Assembly (NCBI GenBank): GCA_035485275.1
Contig: DATHOE010000034.1
Location: forward strand, 93,677 to 157,676
Length of the DNA: 64,000 nucleotides
DNA from: a bacterium
GTDB taxonomy: Bacteria > Oederibacteriota > JAJYGY01 > DAIDJD01
Direction: 5' to 3'
The position numbers and the translations under genes are program-made. Of the stretch, positions 37,431 to 47,108 are shown in pieces (positions within the stretch are counted from its first letter, which is position 1; every line of letters starts with the position of its first letter). Under the pieces are notes generated by a model, which was not told the DNA's origin, ran no database searches, and saw only the letters and a program-made list of their open reading frames with translations.

Positions 37431-38549
37431 ATGGCCATGGCCAGCGAGGTTCATAAACGGCGTTTTTTGACCTTGGACGGATTACGCGGGCTAGGCGCGC
37501 TACTCATCATGGTCTTCCATTTTGGTTCGTACGGAATTTCTCCGGTGCCCATGTTCTGCAAGGGCTACCTCGCGGTCGATCTTTTTTTCATTTTAAGTGG
37601 AGTGGTGCTCGCTGAGGCCTATTCGGCACGCCTGGCCGCGGGTTTGTCCCTGGCGGAGTTCCTGAAAATACGCTGGATTCGTCTCTATCCCTTTTACGCG
37701 CTGGCCTTGGTTTCTTCCGTAGCGATGCTTTTATTGTACTTTTTGGCAAAATCCTCAAACATGGATTTTATCCACTGGGCGCCAACAAGGTTTGTGGCCG
37801 GGTTCACTCCCGGCAGCTTTTTGGTCGCGTTTTCTTTCTCGGCCTTCATGGTCCCGGCCCCCATCGCCGGAGCGCTATTTCCATTCGTGGTACAGGCCTG
37901 GTCCTTGTTTTACGAGCTCTTGGTGAACCTGGGATGGGCGCTGACGCGGGCAGGGCTCGGGCGCTTTCGGCTTGGGATCGTAATAGCCATCGCGGCCTGC
38001 GGATTGTGCATGTTCGGACACAACGATGGCATCGCCGCCGGGGGTGAATGGACTTGCTCGGACCTCGCGACGGGATGCTGCCGCGTCTCTTTTTCCTTCG
38101 GCGTCGGACTCATGATTCACGACATCGACAAGGCCCGCGTGCCCCGGGTGAACCCTTGGATCATTTTTTTGGTCGTCGTAGCCTTGCTTGCTGCGAATCC
38201 GCCGGAGGCCTGGTGGGGTCTGTTCGATTTGGCGGCCGTATGGGTCTTTTTGCCGGCCTGCGTTCTGCTCGCTACGGTGAGTGAGCCCAGGCACGCCTGG
38301 GAGGCACAGACGTTCACGTTCATGGGCAACGCCAGTTACGGTATTTATATGATCCACGGTCGTTTTCTTTCGGTCCTACATTGGGCCGTGGATAGGTTCG
38401 CCCTCAGCCCTTATCTTGGCGAGGTGTTGGTGACGGTGGGGGTTGTATTTTTGGCGCACTGGCTGGAGCGGGTTTGGGATAGGCCTGCCCGTTCGTGGCT
38501 GGCCGGGTTTATCGGCGGGGAATCCGCACCCAAACTAAAAAAACGCTGA
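37431..38549 (+). CDS. acyltransferase family 3 membrane O-acyltransferase
   Basis: FLTLDGLRGLGALLIMVFHF...DLFFILSGVVLAEAY signature. Confidence 0.8.
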   Translation: MAMASEVHKRRFLTLDGLRGLGALLIMVFHFGSYGISPVPMFCKGYLAVDLFFILSGVVLAEAYSARLAAGLSLAEFLKIRWIRLYPFYALALVSSVAMLLLYFLAKSSNMDFIHWAPTRFVAGFTPGSFLVAFSFSAFMVPAPIAGALFPFVVQAWSLFYELLVNLGWALTRAGLGRFRLGIVIAIAACGLCMFGHNDGIAAGGEWTCSDLATGCCRVSFSFGVGLMIHDIDKARVPRVNPWIIFLVVVALLAANPPEAWWGLFDLAAVWVFLPACVLLATVSEPRHAWEAQTFTFMGNASYGIYMIHGRFLSVLHWAVDRFALSPYLGEVLVTVGVVFLAHWLERVWDRPARSWLAGFIGGESAPKLKKR

Positions 38550-38740
38550 TTTTACGGATTTTTTGGGGAGCCTTGGTTGGGAACTCCGCCTCTAATGGGT
38601 TACAATTGACCTTGGAACCGGCTTGGCCGACAGCGGACGACGCGAATAGCGGCATTAAGATCGTCGACACCGTTTGGTGCCGTGGCTGAAGACCGGTACT
38701 GGCCCCAGGATCGTTTACAGTGTATTATAGCCGGTAATCT

Positions 38741-40330
38741 ATGCTGTTCTTGGACAAGCAAATGAACTTTGGTTGCGGAAAAATCGCCTTTGTGATGGCT
38801 GCCATCCTGGCCCTGGGTTTCGGCTGGGTATGCATGGTTTTGGCCAAGCGTTTACGTTGGGTTGACCGTCCCGGACACAGGAAGAGTCAGAAGCGGTCGG
38901 TGCCCTATCTGGGGGGGCTGGCTCTTTTTCTCGCCCTTGGCACGACCCTGTTTGTCCTTTATCAGGTGGGTTATTTTGTTGCGGAGCCGGGTTTCAGCAT
39001 TCCCTCTCTCCTAGCGTGTTTATCCCCGGCTTTGGCCGCCTGCGGATTGGGGCTCTGGGACGATATTTATGAAATGCCGGCCAGATACAAATTCGCCTTC
39101 CAAGGCCTCATCGCGCTCGGGTTCAGCCAGTTCGCGTACCGATTTTCCGTTTTCCACATTCCCGGTTTTTCGCCCCTAATTTTGGACCCTGAAGTAGCCG
39201 TCCTGGTCACCACGTTTTTCATGGTCGCGGTTGTAAACGGATTCAACATGATCGACGGCTCGGACGCCCTCTGCCTCGGTTCAAGCACGGTGACCTTGGC
39301 GCTTGTGTCCGCCGTGGCTGAGCTTGACGGACAGCCCCAATTCGCGATATTGGGCCTGGCGACCTGCGGCGCCTGCCTGGGTTTGCTGTACTGGAATCGG
39401 CCCCCCGCACGCATTTATATCGGGGACGCCGGCAGCCTGGGCTTGGGCTTCCTTGTGGCGGGTCTTGTGGTCGCACTGGGAGCGGGCGCCCCCGGACATT
39501 TCCTGCTGGGGCCGAAGGGTCTTCCGCGGGAGGCTTTCGCCTATCAGATCGTGGTGGCGTCACTATTGGTCGGCATTCCGGCCCTGGAGGTGCTGTTGAC
39601 GGTGGCGCGGCGGGGCCTGCAGGGAAGGAGCTTGGGCCGCGGCGACCAGGGACACCTGCACCATCGATTGGCCCAGCGCGGATGGCGGCCGGCCTCGATC
39701 GCCGGCGGAGCCATGGGGGTGAATCTCCTGTGTGGAAGCATAGCGTTGGCTTTTTTGTCCGGTGAAAAAGGCATGGCCGTGATGTGCGCGTTCATGCTGG
39801 CGATACTGTTGGGGTTGGGGCTGCAGTATTTGGACTATTTCCGGATGCTTCGATCGGATTGGCTGGACAAACGGCGCCCCCATTATGCGGTGGCGACCCA
39901 CTTTGCCGCCATGCAGGCCTCAAAACTGAAGTTGGCCAGCCATCGTGAGGAGGTTTTGGCCCTGGTGAAGCAGGCGTGCCACGAATTTGGGGCCCATGAA
40001 TGTCGCGTCAGCGTGCGGGACTCGTCGGACAGGCGATGGATTTGGAAATGGTCCGAACCGGCACCCGCGCAGGCGGGCCCCCGGGTGAAGGACAGGGTGC
40101 GCATCGCGGACACGCGCAACCATGCGTCCTGGACGATGGAAAACGACGACAGAGAACCGGACTTGAACATGAATCTTCGCGTGATCATGACCGAATTCAT
40201 GCGCGACGCGCTTGAACGTTTGGTTGAACTCATGGCGGGCCAGGAGAACGTCGTTCCAGAACGGGATGCCGGAAAGACGGACACACTGGACCTGGTTCTG
40301 AGTATCAAGGGTTTCAAAAACAGGCTCTGA
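38741..40330 (+). CDS. undecaprenyl-phosphate sugar-1-phosphate transferase, MraY/WecA (GT4-PNPT) family, with about 190-aa C-terminal extension
   Basis: LGLWDDIYE (DD motif), VNGFNMIDGSDAL, IYIGDAGSLGLGF; typical family length about 340-370 aa, this is 529 aa. Confidence 0.8.
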   Translation: MLFLDKQMNFGCGKIAFVMAAILALGFGWVCMVLAKRLRWVDRPGHRKSQKRSVPYLGGLALFLALGTTLFVLYQVGYFVAEPGFSIPSLLACLSPALAACGLGLWDDIYEMPARYKFAFQGLIALGFSQFAYRFSVFHIPGFSPLILDPEVAVLVTTFFMVAVVNGFNMIDGSDALCLGSSTVTLALVSAVAELDGQPQFAILGLATCGACLGLLYWNRPPARIYIGDAGSLGLGFLVAGLVVALGAGAPGHFLLGPKGLPREAFAYQIVVASLLVGIPALEVLLTVARRGLQGRSLGRGDQGHLHHRLAQRGWRPASIAGGAMGVNLLCGSIALAFLSGEKGMAVMCAFMLAILLGLGLQYLDYFRMLRSDWLDKRRPHYAVATHFAAMQASKLKLASHREEVLALVKQACHEFGAHECRVSVRDSSDRRWIWKWSEPAPAQAGPRVKDRVRIADTRNHASWTMENDDREPDLNMNLRVIMTEFMRDALERLVELMAGQENVVPERDAGKTDTLDLVLSIKGFKNRL

Positions 40331-40370
40331 GCCTGCTCAGGAATGCCTTCGTGAGACGCTGAGCTGCGGG

Positions 40371-41108
40371 TCAGCCTTTGGAAGTCGCCCCGCCTATTGG
40401 TTTGGATGCCTGTGCGACAACATTGCAATAGGAGTCGTATTTTTTTGGAAGCATGCGGTCCAGCGCTAGGCCGCTCAGATTCATCGATGGAATAAATAGG
40501 TAAGGCGTCCCGAAACGGAGATACCGCACAAGGCACATGGTCAGGTGTTGCCAGGACGCGAGAAAACTCGATGTGGTCTTGTCGGTGACGACGTTATCGA
40601 AGCCGTGTTTCCGCAACAATAACGCGAAGCCGGCCGCCGTATATCGGGCAAGGTCCTCCGGGCCGTCCTCTTCCCAAGTGAACGGGGTTACGATGAGGAG
40701 GCGTCCGCCCGGCCTAAGCACCCTTTTGAATTCGTCGAGCACTTGGTCTATATTTGGAACGTACATCATCACCTCGGTACTGAACACTCCGTCAAAGCTT
40801 CCGTCCGCGAAGGGCAGGGTTTTACCGTCGTAGAAGGCGTCAATGTCGCTGCGTTTGTCGTAGAAATCCATCTGCAATTCCAGGCCTACGTAGGTCCTCG
40901 CGTTATTGAACAAGGATCGATAGGGTTTGGTTCCACAGCCGAAGTCCAAAATATCGCCGTGAAAGCCCTCGGCGCGAGCGGCGACGGCGCGGTAGATCCC
41001 GCGGTGGATGATGTAGCTGGAGTTCACGAAAATTCCAACGGGTCCTGGCAGAAACTTGTGCTTTTGCACCACCGTTTCTCTGAATTTTTTCCTGAGCTTT
41101 TCTAGCAT
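40371..41108 (-). CDS. class I SAM-dependent methyltransferase
   Basis: ILDFGCGTKPY (motif I), FDGVFSTEVMMYVPN, LRPGGRLLI; start taken at internal ATG (residue 46 of ORF to 41243), uncertain. Confidence 0.65.
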   Translation of the reverse strand: MLEKLRKKFRETVVQKHKFLPGPVGIFVNSSYIIHRGIYRAVAARAEGFHGDILDFGCGTKPYRSLFNNARTYVGLELQMDFYDKRSDIDAFYDGKTLPFADGSFDGVFSTEVMMYVPNIDQVLDEFKRVLRPGGRLLIVTPFTWEEDGPEDLARYTAAGFALLLRKHGFDNVVTDKTTSSFLASWQHLTMCLVRYLRFGTPYLFIPSMNLSGLALDRMLPKKYDSYCNVVAQASKPIGGATSKG

Positions 41109-41223
41109 TAGGCCCCTCAAAAAACGGCGACGGCTTATATCCAAGGTCCATTTTGGAGGGCCGTTCCTAAAACGCCGGAACAGGACCGGGCCCTGGATCG
41201 GTCCGAACTCCAGAAACCGAGCT

Positions 41224-42186
41224 TCATCTCCAGCCTCGGACAAAGGCCCGCCGGACGTAGCCCTTGAAATCGCCGAGGGTCCACGATCCGACGAGCATGC
41301 GCGGGAGCTCCCAAGGGGAGGTGGATCTCCGTACCGCGCAGGAACGGGTGGTGAAGGCGAAGCGATAGCCGGAATCCTTCAGGGCCAAAATGCTGGCCTG
41401 GTCGTATTGCCCGTTGGGATAGGCGAAGTAGGGGCTCTCCAGGCCCCAGCGCCTCAAATCCAGGTAGGATCCCCGTACTTCGGACCTTTGTGACGCGGGA
41501 GGGCGGCCCGCGAGGATGAAGTGACTCCTTGTGTGTCCGCCGACGGACATCCCGGGAGTGGAGGCCCAGGAACGCACTTCTCCCAGGGACATTATCCGGT
41601 GGCTGGGCCGGGGCCTGGCGGGTACTCCGGCCTTCCCCGATATCTCGCGAAGGGCCCGGGCCTGCGCGCTGGGGGACATCGCTTGAAGGAGGTCCCAAAG
41701 GCGGTCGAAGGTGTCCATCCAGTTTCGGCCCGGTTCCGGGAGGAGGCGGATCCCGCGGTACACAAGGGGAGCCCGGCGGCCGGCGTTCCCGTCTGAGAGG
41801 ATCCGTTCCAGGGCGTCCCAAAGGAATTCCCGTTTCCGGTTCACGTACCCGGTGGCCAGAAAAAGGAGGGCGGGTAGCCTCATTTGGTGCAAGACCGGGA
41901 GTGCCCCGGTCACGTTATCCGAGTATCCGTCGTCGAAGGTCAACATGATCGCCGGACGCCGGCGGGGCTTCATGATGTCCTCGGCTCCTATGACGTCGAA
42001 ATTCTCCGCCAGCCAAACCAACTGGCGCCGGAAGGCTTCCGGCGTCACTGTGATCCCGAAGGGATCCGTTTCGAAGTTCGCGATTCGGTGGTAGCCGAGC
42101 ACCAGGAGGGGAGCTTCCCAGAGGTTCCTGAGGGCGTTCACCGGAAAATGCGAGACACCTTTGATGCGATCCATGGACCAAGACAT
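41224..42186 (-). CDS. polysaccharide deacetylase (NodB-like)
   Basis: AIMLTFDDGYSDN motif and NodB-like organisation. Confidence 0.75.
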   Translation of the reverse strand: MSWSMDRIKGVSHFPVNALRNLWEAPLLVLGYHRIANFETDPFGITVTPEAFRRQLVWLAENFDVIGAEDIMKPRRRPAIMLTFDDGYSDNVTGALPVLHQMRLPALLFLATGYVNRKREFLWDALERILSDGNAGRRAPLVYRGIRLLPEPGRNWMDTFDRLWDLLQAMSPSAQARALREISGKAGVPARPRPSHRIMSLGEVRSWASTPGMSVGGHTRSHFILAGRPPASQRSEVRGSYLDLRRWGLESPYFAYPNGQYDQASILALKDSGYRFAFTTRSCAVRRSTSPWELPRMLVGSWTLGDFKGYVRRAFVRGWR

Positions 42187-42227
42187 GCGTTTCCCCTGTC
42201 CCCTTGCGGACGTTCCTCCGGCCCGCG

Positions 42228-43619
42228 TCAGCGTGCGGGCCCGGGGGCCAAGATGGCGTCGTAGATCGCGTCCACGCGCCGGACGTAGTCGCCGGATGAC
42301 TGCACGGTCGGCATAGCGGCGCCGTAACGGGTCAAGGCTCCCGGCTCGCTGCGCATCCGATCTATCGCGCGCGCGAGGGAGGCGACTGAACCGATCTCGA
42401 ACACTCGCCCGAAGCGGTCCTCAATGTCATAGTCCCTCAGGGTCGGGATATCGGGCGCTATAACCGGGCGTTTGTGGGCGAAGGACTCGAGCAGGGTCAG
42501 CGGCAGGTTCTCCATGCACTGCGAAGGAATCAGTGTGGCATCGATCCTGGAGAAAAAGGATGCGATGTCGCGGTGCGGAAGCCACCCCAGCCATTCGACG
42601 GTGTGCATGCCCACGTGCCCGGGATAGCGGGCGCGTAGTTCCTTAGCGAAATCGCCGTCCAGGCTGCCCGCGACCACGAGGCGCACCGGCGACGAGACCA
42701 CGCCGCTTTCAAGCGCCTGAAAGACCTCCCCCAAACCCTTGTCCGGCGCGATCCTTCCAATATAGCCGAAGGTGACTTCTCCCGACGCTTTGCATTTTGC
42801 GCCGGCATCCTGCACCGGATCGTAGTACCAGGGGATGACGTGGACCATCTTCCTATCTATGCCGAACTGGGAGAAGAACTCCGCGCCGAATGAATTGGCG
42901 ACGATCAGGGCCCCCAAAGCGGGGAGGGCGAGCCTGGCCCTCTCCAGATTCAGGGAAACCCTCCGCTTCAGGCCGACACGGAGGATTCCGCGCTCGCTGA
43001 GGGACCGGTCGAAGGGGAAGAGGCTCGTCGCCTCCAGGAGTCGTTCGCCGAAAAGCGTCGAAACGAGCATCTCGTTGAGCCTTCCGGCCGTTCGCCTGCC
43101 GGCCCAGACGCAGCGGGCGCATTTGTCGAGTTCCGCGGTCCCGTCGCAGAGCCCGCCTTCGCCCTTCACGAGATGCGACCGCAGGCAACCCAGGCCCCAG
43201 TCGTGGGCGGAGAAGACGGCCGGGATAGAGGAACGCCTCGCGGCCTCGAAGATCCACCACATTCCCGCGCCATGGTGCATATGGACGATGTCCGGCTTGA
43301 TTCTGCCGAGCAGTTCGCGGCCGATCCCAACCGCCTCCTCCCACCTCGCCTCGTTCAGCACTTGGCCCGAGTAGAGGTGGTTCAGATTCACGACATGGTA
43401 AGGGAGGCCCTGGAAGGTGTATTCCAGGCGCGAAACGATTTTAGGGGCGGCGGGGGCGGGCAGTGGGCCCTCCCATCCGTCCTGCCCCGGCCAGGTCAAT
43501 AGCTCCACGTCCCGGCCATGGTTTTCGCGCAGGGCCCGGGCTTGGCGGAAGACGTTGTTGTTGTATCCGACCGGATCGGGCCAGGCGTATTTGCTGACGA
43601 AAAGGATACGACCTGGCAT
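42228..43619 (-). CDS. glycosyltransferase family 4 (GT-B)
   Basis: MPGRILFVSKYAWPDP N-terminus, GT-B organisation. Confidence 0.8.
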   Translation of the reverse strand: MPGRILFVSKYAWPDPVGYNNNVFRQARALRENHGRDVELLTWPGQDGWEGPLPAPAAPKIVSRLEYTFQGLPYHVVNLNHLYSGQVLNEARWEEAVGIGRELLGRIKPDIVHMHHGAGMWWIFEAARRSSIPAVFSAHDWGLGCLRSHLVKGEGGLCDGTAELDKCARCVWAGRRTAGRLNEMLVSTLFGERLLEATSLFPFDRSLSERGILRVGLKRRVSLNLERARLALPALGALIVANSFGAEFFSQFGIDRKMVHVIPWYYDPVQDAGAKCKASGEVTFGYIGRIAPDKGLGEVFQALESGVVSSPVRLVVAGSLDGDFAKELRARYPGHVGMHTVEWLGWLPHRDIASFFSRIDATLIPSQCMENLPLTLLESFAHKRPVIAPDIPTLRDYDIEDRFGRVFEIGSVASLARAIDRMRSEPGALTRYGAAMPTVQSSGDYVRRVDAIYDAILAPGPAR

Positions 43620-43683
43620 CAGAGGCGTCCATTCAGCGGAGCTTCTTAAAGACCGGCCGAAGGCGGCGCCGGCAGACTCCTGT

Positions 43684-44796
43684 CTACTTAAAGAACTCGT
43701 TCACCGCCTGAATCACCCGCTCCTGGTCTTCCGCTTTGAGGTCCGCGTAGAAGGGCAGGCTCAGGATCTCCTCATATAGCCCCTCGGTGACCGGCAGAGG
43801 GATGCTGTAGGGGGCGAATTGTGGCTGAAGGTGGTTGGGGATGTAATTGACGCCGCTGTCCACTCCCCGTTCCCGCAGCCAGGCCATCAGGCCGGCCCTG
43901 CGGCCGCGCAGAACCCTGACGACATAAGTGAAAGGGAAGACATCATCTATAGGCCATTTCAACAGACGGAGTCCCGTCAGGGGCCGGAAGGCCTGGTTGT
44001 ACCGGGCGAGGATTTCGAGTTTCCGCGCCTTGAATTGTTCCATGCGGTCCAGTTGGACCAGGCCAATGGCCGCGCTGATGTTGCTCATATGGTAGCGCCA
44101 TCCGACCGTCTCCACCTGGTATCTCCACTCGTCCTGGGCCCCCATGCGCTGCCAGCGGTCCCGGCTGATTCCCAACACCCTTTTTTTGCGGGCCAATGCG
44201 GCCACCGCGGGGTCCGAGGTGACGATCGCCCCGCCCTCACCGCAGGTGATGTTCTTGATCGGGTCGAAGCTGAAGCAAGTGATCTGCCCGAACGAGCCGA
44301 TACGACGGCCGCGGTGGGTGGATCCGAAGGCATGGGCGGCGTCCTCAACCAGAACGGTTCCGTGCCGCTCGGACAGCTCCAGGAGCCGGTCCATGTCCGC
44401 GGGGATGCCGCAGTAGTGGACCGGGACGATGGCACGGGTGCGGGCGGTCACCTTGCGGGCGACATCTCCGACGTCCAGATTCAGGGTTTCCGGTTCCACC
44501 TCGCAAAAGACCGGGGTGGCTCCGGCCGCACGGATGGCCTGGATCGTGGCGCAAAAAGTGAGGGAGGGTACGATCACCTCCGCGCCGGCCGTGATGCCGG
44601 CGGACTCCAAGGCCAGATGCAGTGCGGCGGTGCCTGAAGAGACCGCCACGGTTTCGCGTCCGTCGAACAAGCTCCGCAGGCGCTCCTCGAAATTCAGCAC
44701 CTGTTTGCCGAAGCCCAGCCATCCGCTGGAAAGTACTTCGGCGACGGCCCCGGCCTCAAGCGCGCCGGTGCTTGGTTTGGAAACTGGAATCGTCAT
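43684..44796 (-). CDS. DegT/DnrJ/EryC1/StrS-family PLP-dependent sugar aminotransferase
   Basis: PLP-lysine context SFDPIKNITCGEGGAI, about 370 aa. Confidence 0.85.
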   Translation of the reverse strand: MTIPVSKPSTGALEAGAVAEVLSSGWLGFGKQVLNFEERLRSLFDGRETVAVSSGTAALHLALESAGITAGAEVIVPSLTFCATIQAIRAAGATPVFCEVEPETLNLDVGDVARKVTARTRAIVPVHYCGIPADMDRLLELSERHGTVLVEDAAHAFGSTHRGRRIGSFGQITCFSFDPIKNITCGEGGAIVTSDPAVAALARKKRVLGISRDRWQRMGAQDEWRYQVETVGWRYHMSNISAAIGLVQLDRMEQFKARKLEILARYNQAFRPLTGLRLLKWPIDDVFPFTYVVRVLRGRRAGLMAWLRERGVDSGVNYIPNHLQPQFAPYSIPLPVTEGLYEEILSLPFYADLKAEDQERVIQAVNEFFK

Positions 44797-45824
44797 CCCT
44801 TACGCCTCTTGATATCCATGGATGCCGCAGCCTGAAAACCGCTCGCCATCCAGTTCTGGGCCAAAATCTCCGCCAGGTCCGGCGAGAAGTGGCGGCGCCA
44901 CAGCAGGACGGAGGCCTCCGCCGGCCTCGCCAGCCAGGAGAGCCTGGCGCCCCATTTTTCCGCGAAACTGCCGTCCAAACCATAAAAGGCCGCCCTCAAT
45001 CCGTAGGTATAACGCAGCGCGCGCAGGTACGCCGAAACCCTGCTTTGGGCGGCCAGCCACTTGGTGAATGCCTCCCGTTCCGAGCCGGGCCGAAGAAGGT
45101 CCTGCGCACAGCCGTGCCGCTCGCGGAGCAGATAGACGACGGTCACCAGCACGTCCTCAAATCCTTGCTGATCCCCGCTTTCGGCCCGCGATGTCTGGCC
45201 GGGGTGCTTCCTTAGCATGATCAGGGGCCGTTTCATGCAGGCCAAGCGCCCCACGGCCGCAAGGTTCAGCCAGAGATCCTTGTCCTGGACGCTCAAAAGC
45301 GAGAGCTTGTATCCGCCTAGAGCCAAAGCCTTTTCCCGGGAAAAGACCACGGATGAATGCGGAATAGTGCGGCGCATTTCCAGCATGTCCGCCATCAGGG
45401 CATCGTGCTGCGACGCATAACGATGCCGCCGGACCTCCCTGCCTTCAGCGTCAATTTCCACGCAGCTCGTGCCCAGCAACACGAGGTCCGGTTCGCGAAG
45501 CAGCTGGTCGATTTGCTCGCTTAATTTTTCCGGAAGCCAGAGGTCGTCCTGGTCGATGCGTGCGATCCACGAGCCCTTGGCGAGCCGCAAACCCCGGTTG
45601 AGCGTATCGGATAGGCCGCTGTGTTTTTTGGCGACGACCTTTATGCGGCGGTCTTTTTTGGCGAGGGATCGGGCCAGGGGGAGCGAACCGTCCGTGGAGG
45701 CGTCGTCCAGGATGATGAGTTCCAGGTTTGCATGGGTTTGGGCGAGCACGCTGGAGACTGCCGTGGCTAGCCAACGGGACCCATTGTAGACTGGCAACAG
45801 CACCGACACCAAAGGAGGTTTCAA
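44793..45824 (-). CDS. glycosyltransferase family 2
   Basis: VSVLLPVYNGSRWL ... LIILDDASTDGS ... RIDQDD GT-A motifs. Confidence 0.8.
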   Translation of the reverse strand: MKPPLVSVLLPVYNGSRWLATAVSSVLAQTHANLELIILDDASTDGSLPLARSLAKKDRRIKVVAKKHSGLSDTLNRGLRLAKGSWIARIDQDDLWLPEKLSEQIDQLLREPDLVLLGTSCVEIDAEGREVRRHRYASQHDALMADMLEMRRTIPHSSVVFSREKALALGGYKLSLLSVQDKDLWLNLAAVGRLACMKRPLIMLRKHPGQTSRAESGDQQGFEDVLVTVVYLLRERHGCAQDLLRPGSEREAFTKWLAAQSRVSAYLRALRYTYGLRAAFYGLDGSFAEKWGARLSWLARPAEASVLLWRRHFSPDLAEILAQNWMASGFQAAASMDIKRRKG

Positions 45825-46169
45825 AATTCAACCCGCTCCGAACATGCCCCGATCCGGGGCGTAAGGGTTTCCTTGGCCCGGCGTCATTGCCGTATTTTGG
45901 CCCAAATGGCGGGCAAAGGGGCAGGCCCCCTCTTGCCTTAATCGCCCAAGCCAAGCCCGGCCGAACACAAGGTGCCGCTATTCTTGGCTGAACCGGCCTA
46001 GCTTAACACGTGGCCCAGTCCGAATCCTCTAGTTTTTTTCGTGGATTCGGCGAACCGTTGCAGGTCCCAACTACGTTGCATCCGAACTAGGATACGCATA
46101 TTGAGATTGAAATCCCGGACTGCGCCTGAGATAAAAGCCGCAAGCCCCGCGCACGGAGGACCACCGATC

Positions 46170-47045
46170 ATGCCGAAACTTAAATTCGTCCGGGAGTTCC
46201 TTAAGAAAATCTCACCAGTCTGGAGCTTCTTTCGATTCCTCAAACACAGGGTTTTCCTGCCGCTAGTGCAGCGCAGCACTTTGAACGTCCTCGAAACGTT
46301 TCCGGTCTGTGCGCCGGCTGGGGCGGGGGGCTACGGGCCGAGGGCCGAGATCACGATCCGAGGCATTAACCAGCTTCTTCCGGGCTTATATTCGTTAGCG
46401 ATTTTGAACGGGGCAAAAGGGATAGAGCCGCGGTCTGCGGAAGGATGGCCGTTTCCTGAGGGAGATTTGGAAACCATAAAGGCTTTGGAGGCCTGCCTGG
46501 CGAAATTTGGAACAAGAAAGGATCCGCCGTACCTCAGGCTTTACGGGCACATTTTTAAAGACAGGGAACAAATAGAAACGGTTCTGGAAATCGGGATCGG
46601 ATCGAATAACCCCAGCATCGTCTCAAATAACCTGGGGAGCGCGGCGCCCGGCTCCACGCTTCGTGGCCTCAGGGATTTCCTTGGCGGCGCCCGGATTTAT
46701 GGGGTGGATGTGGATACCGACATTCTATTCACAGAGGACCGCATTCAAACCTATTTTGTAGACCAGACGGATCGGGCCTCCCTGGAGGCTCTGGGCCGGG
46801 AGCTGCCTGACGCCTTTGACCTGATCATCGACGACGGACTACTTGCGCCTGTGGCGGATCTGCCAACATTGAATTTCTCACTCGCGCGCCTCCGGATTGG
46901 GGGATGGCTGGTGGTGGAGGAAATTCCTGGTCGGGCCCTTGTTTTCTGGAAGGTCGTAGCCACGATGCTGGCTTTGTCGTTTAAAGCGACCATTCTCTCC
47001 AATGATGATGACAGTCTTATTTTTGTGGTCGAAAGAAAATACTAA
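46170..47045 (+). CDS. hypothetical protein, methyltransferase-like Rossmann fold (lower-GC gene)
   Basis: VLEIGIGSN ... RIYGVDVD ... LIIDDG pattern; ATG at 46170 (residue 44 of ORF 46041). Confidence 0.5.
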   Translation: MPKLKFVREFLKKISPVWSFFRFLKHRVFLPLVQRSTLNVLETFPVCAPAGAGGYGPRAEITIRGINQLLPGLYSLAILNGAKGIEPRSAEGWPFPEGDLETIKALEACLAKFGTRKDPPYLRLYGHIFKDREQIETVLEIGIGSNNPSIVSNNLGSAAPGSTLRGLRDFLGGARIYGVDVDTDILFTEDRIQTYFVDQTDRASLEALGRELPDAFDLIIDDGLLAPVADLPTLNFSLARLRIGGWLVVEEIPGRALVFWKVVATMLALSFKATILSNDDDSLIFVVERKY

Positions 47046-47108
47046 ATCAGGTATTGGGGCGGGGCCTGTTCCGCCAGGGGAGTCACCGTAAATGGCCCCG
47101 GTACCTTG

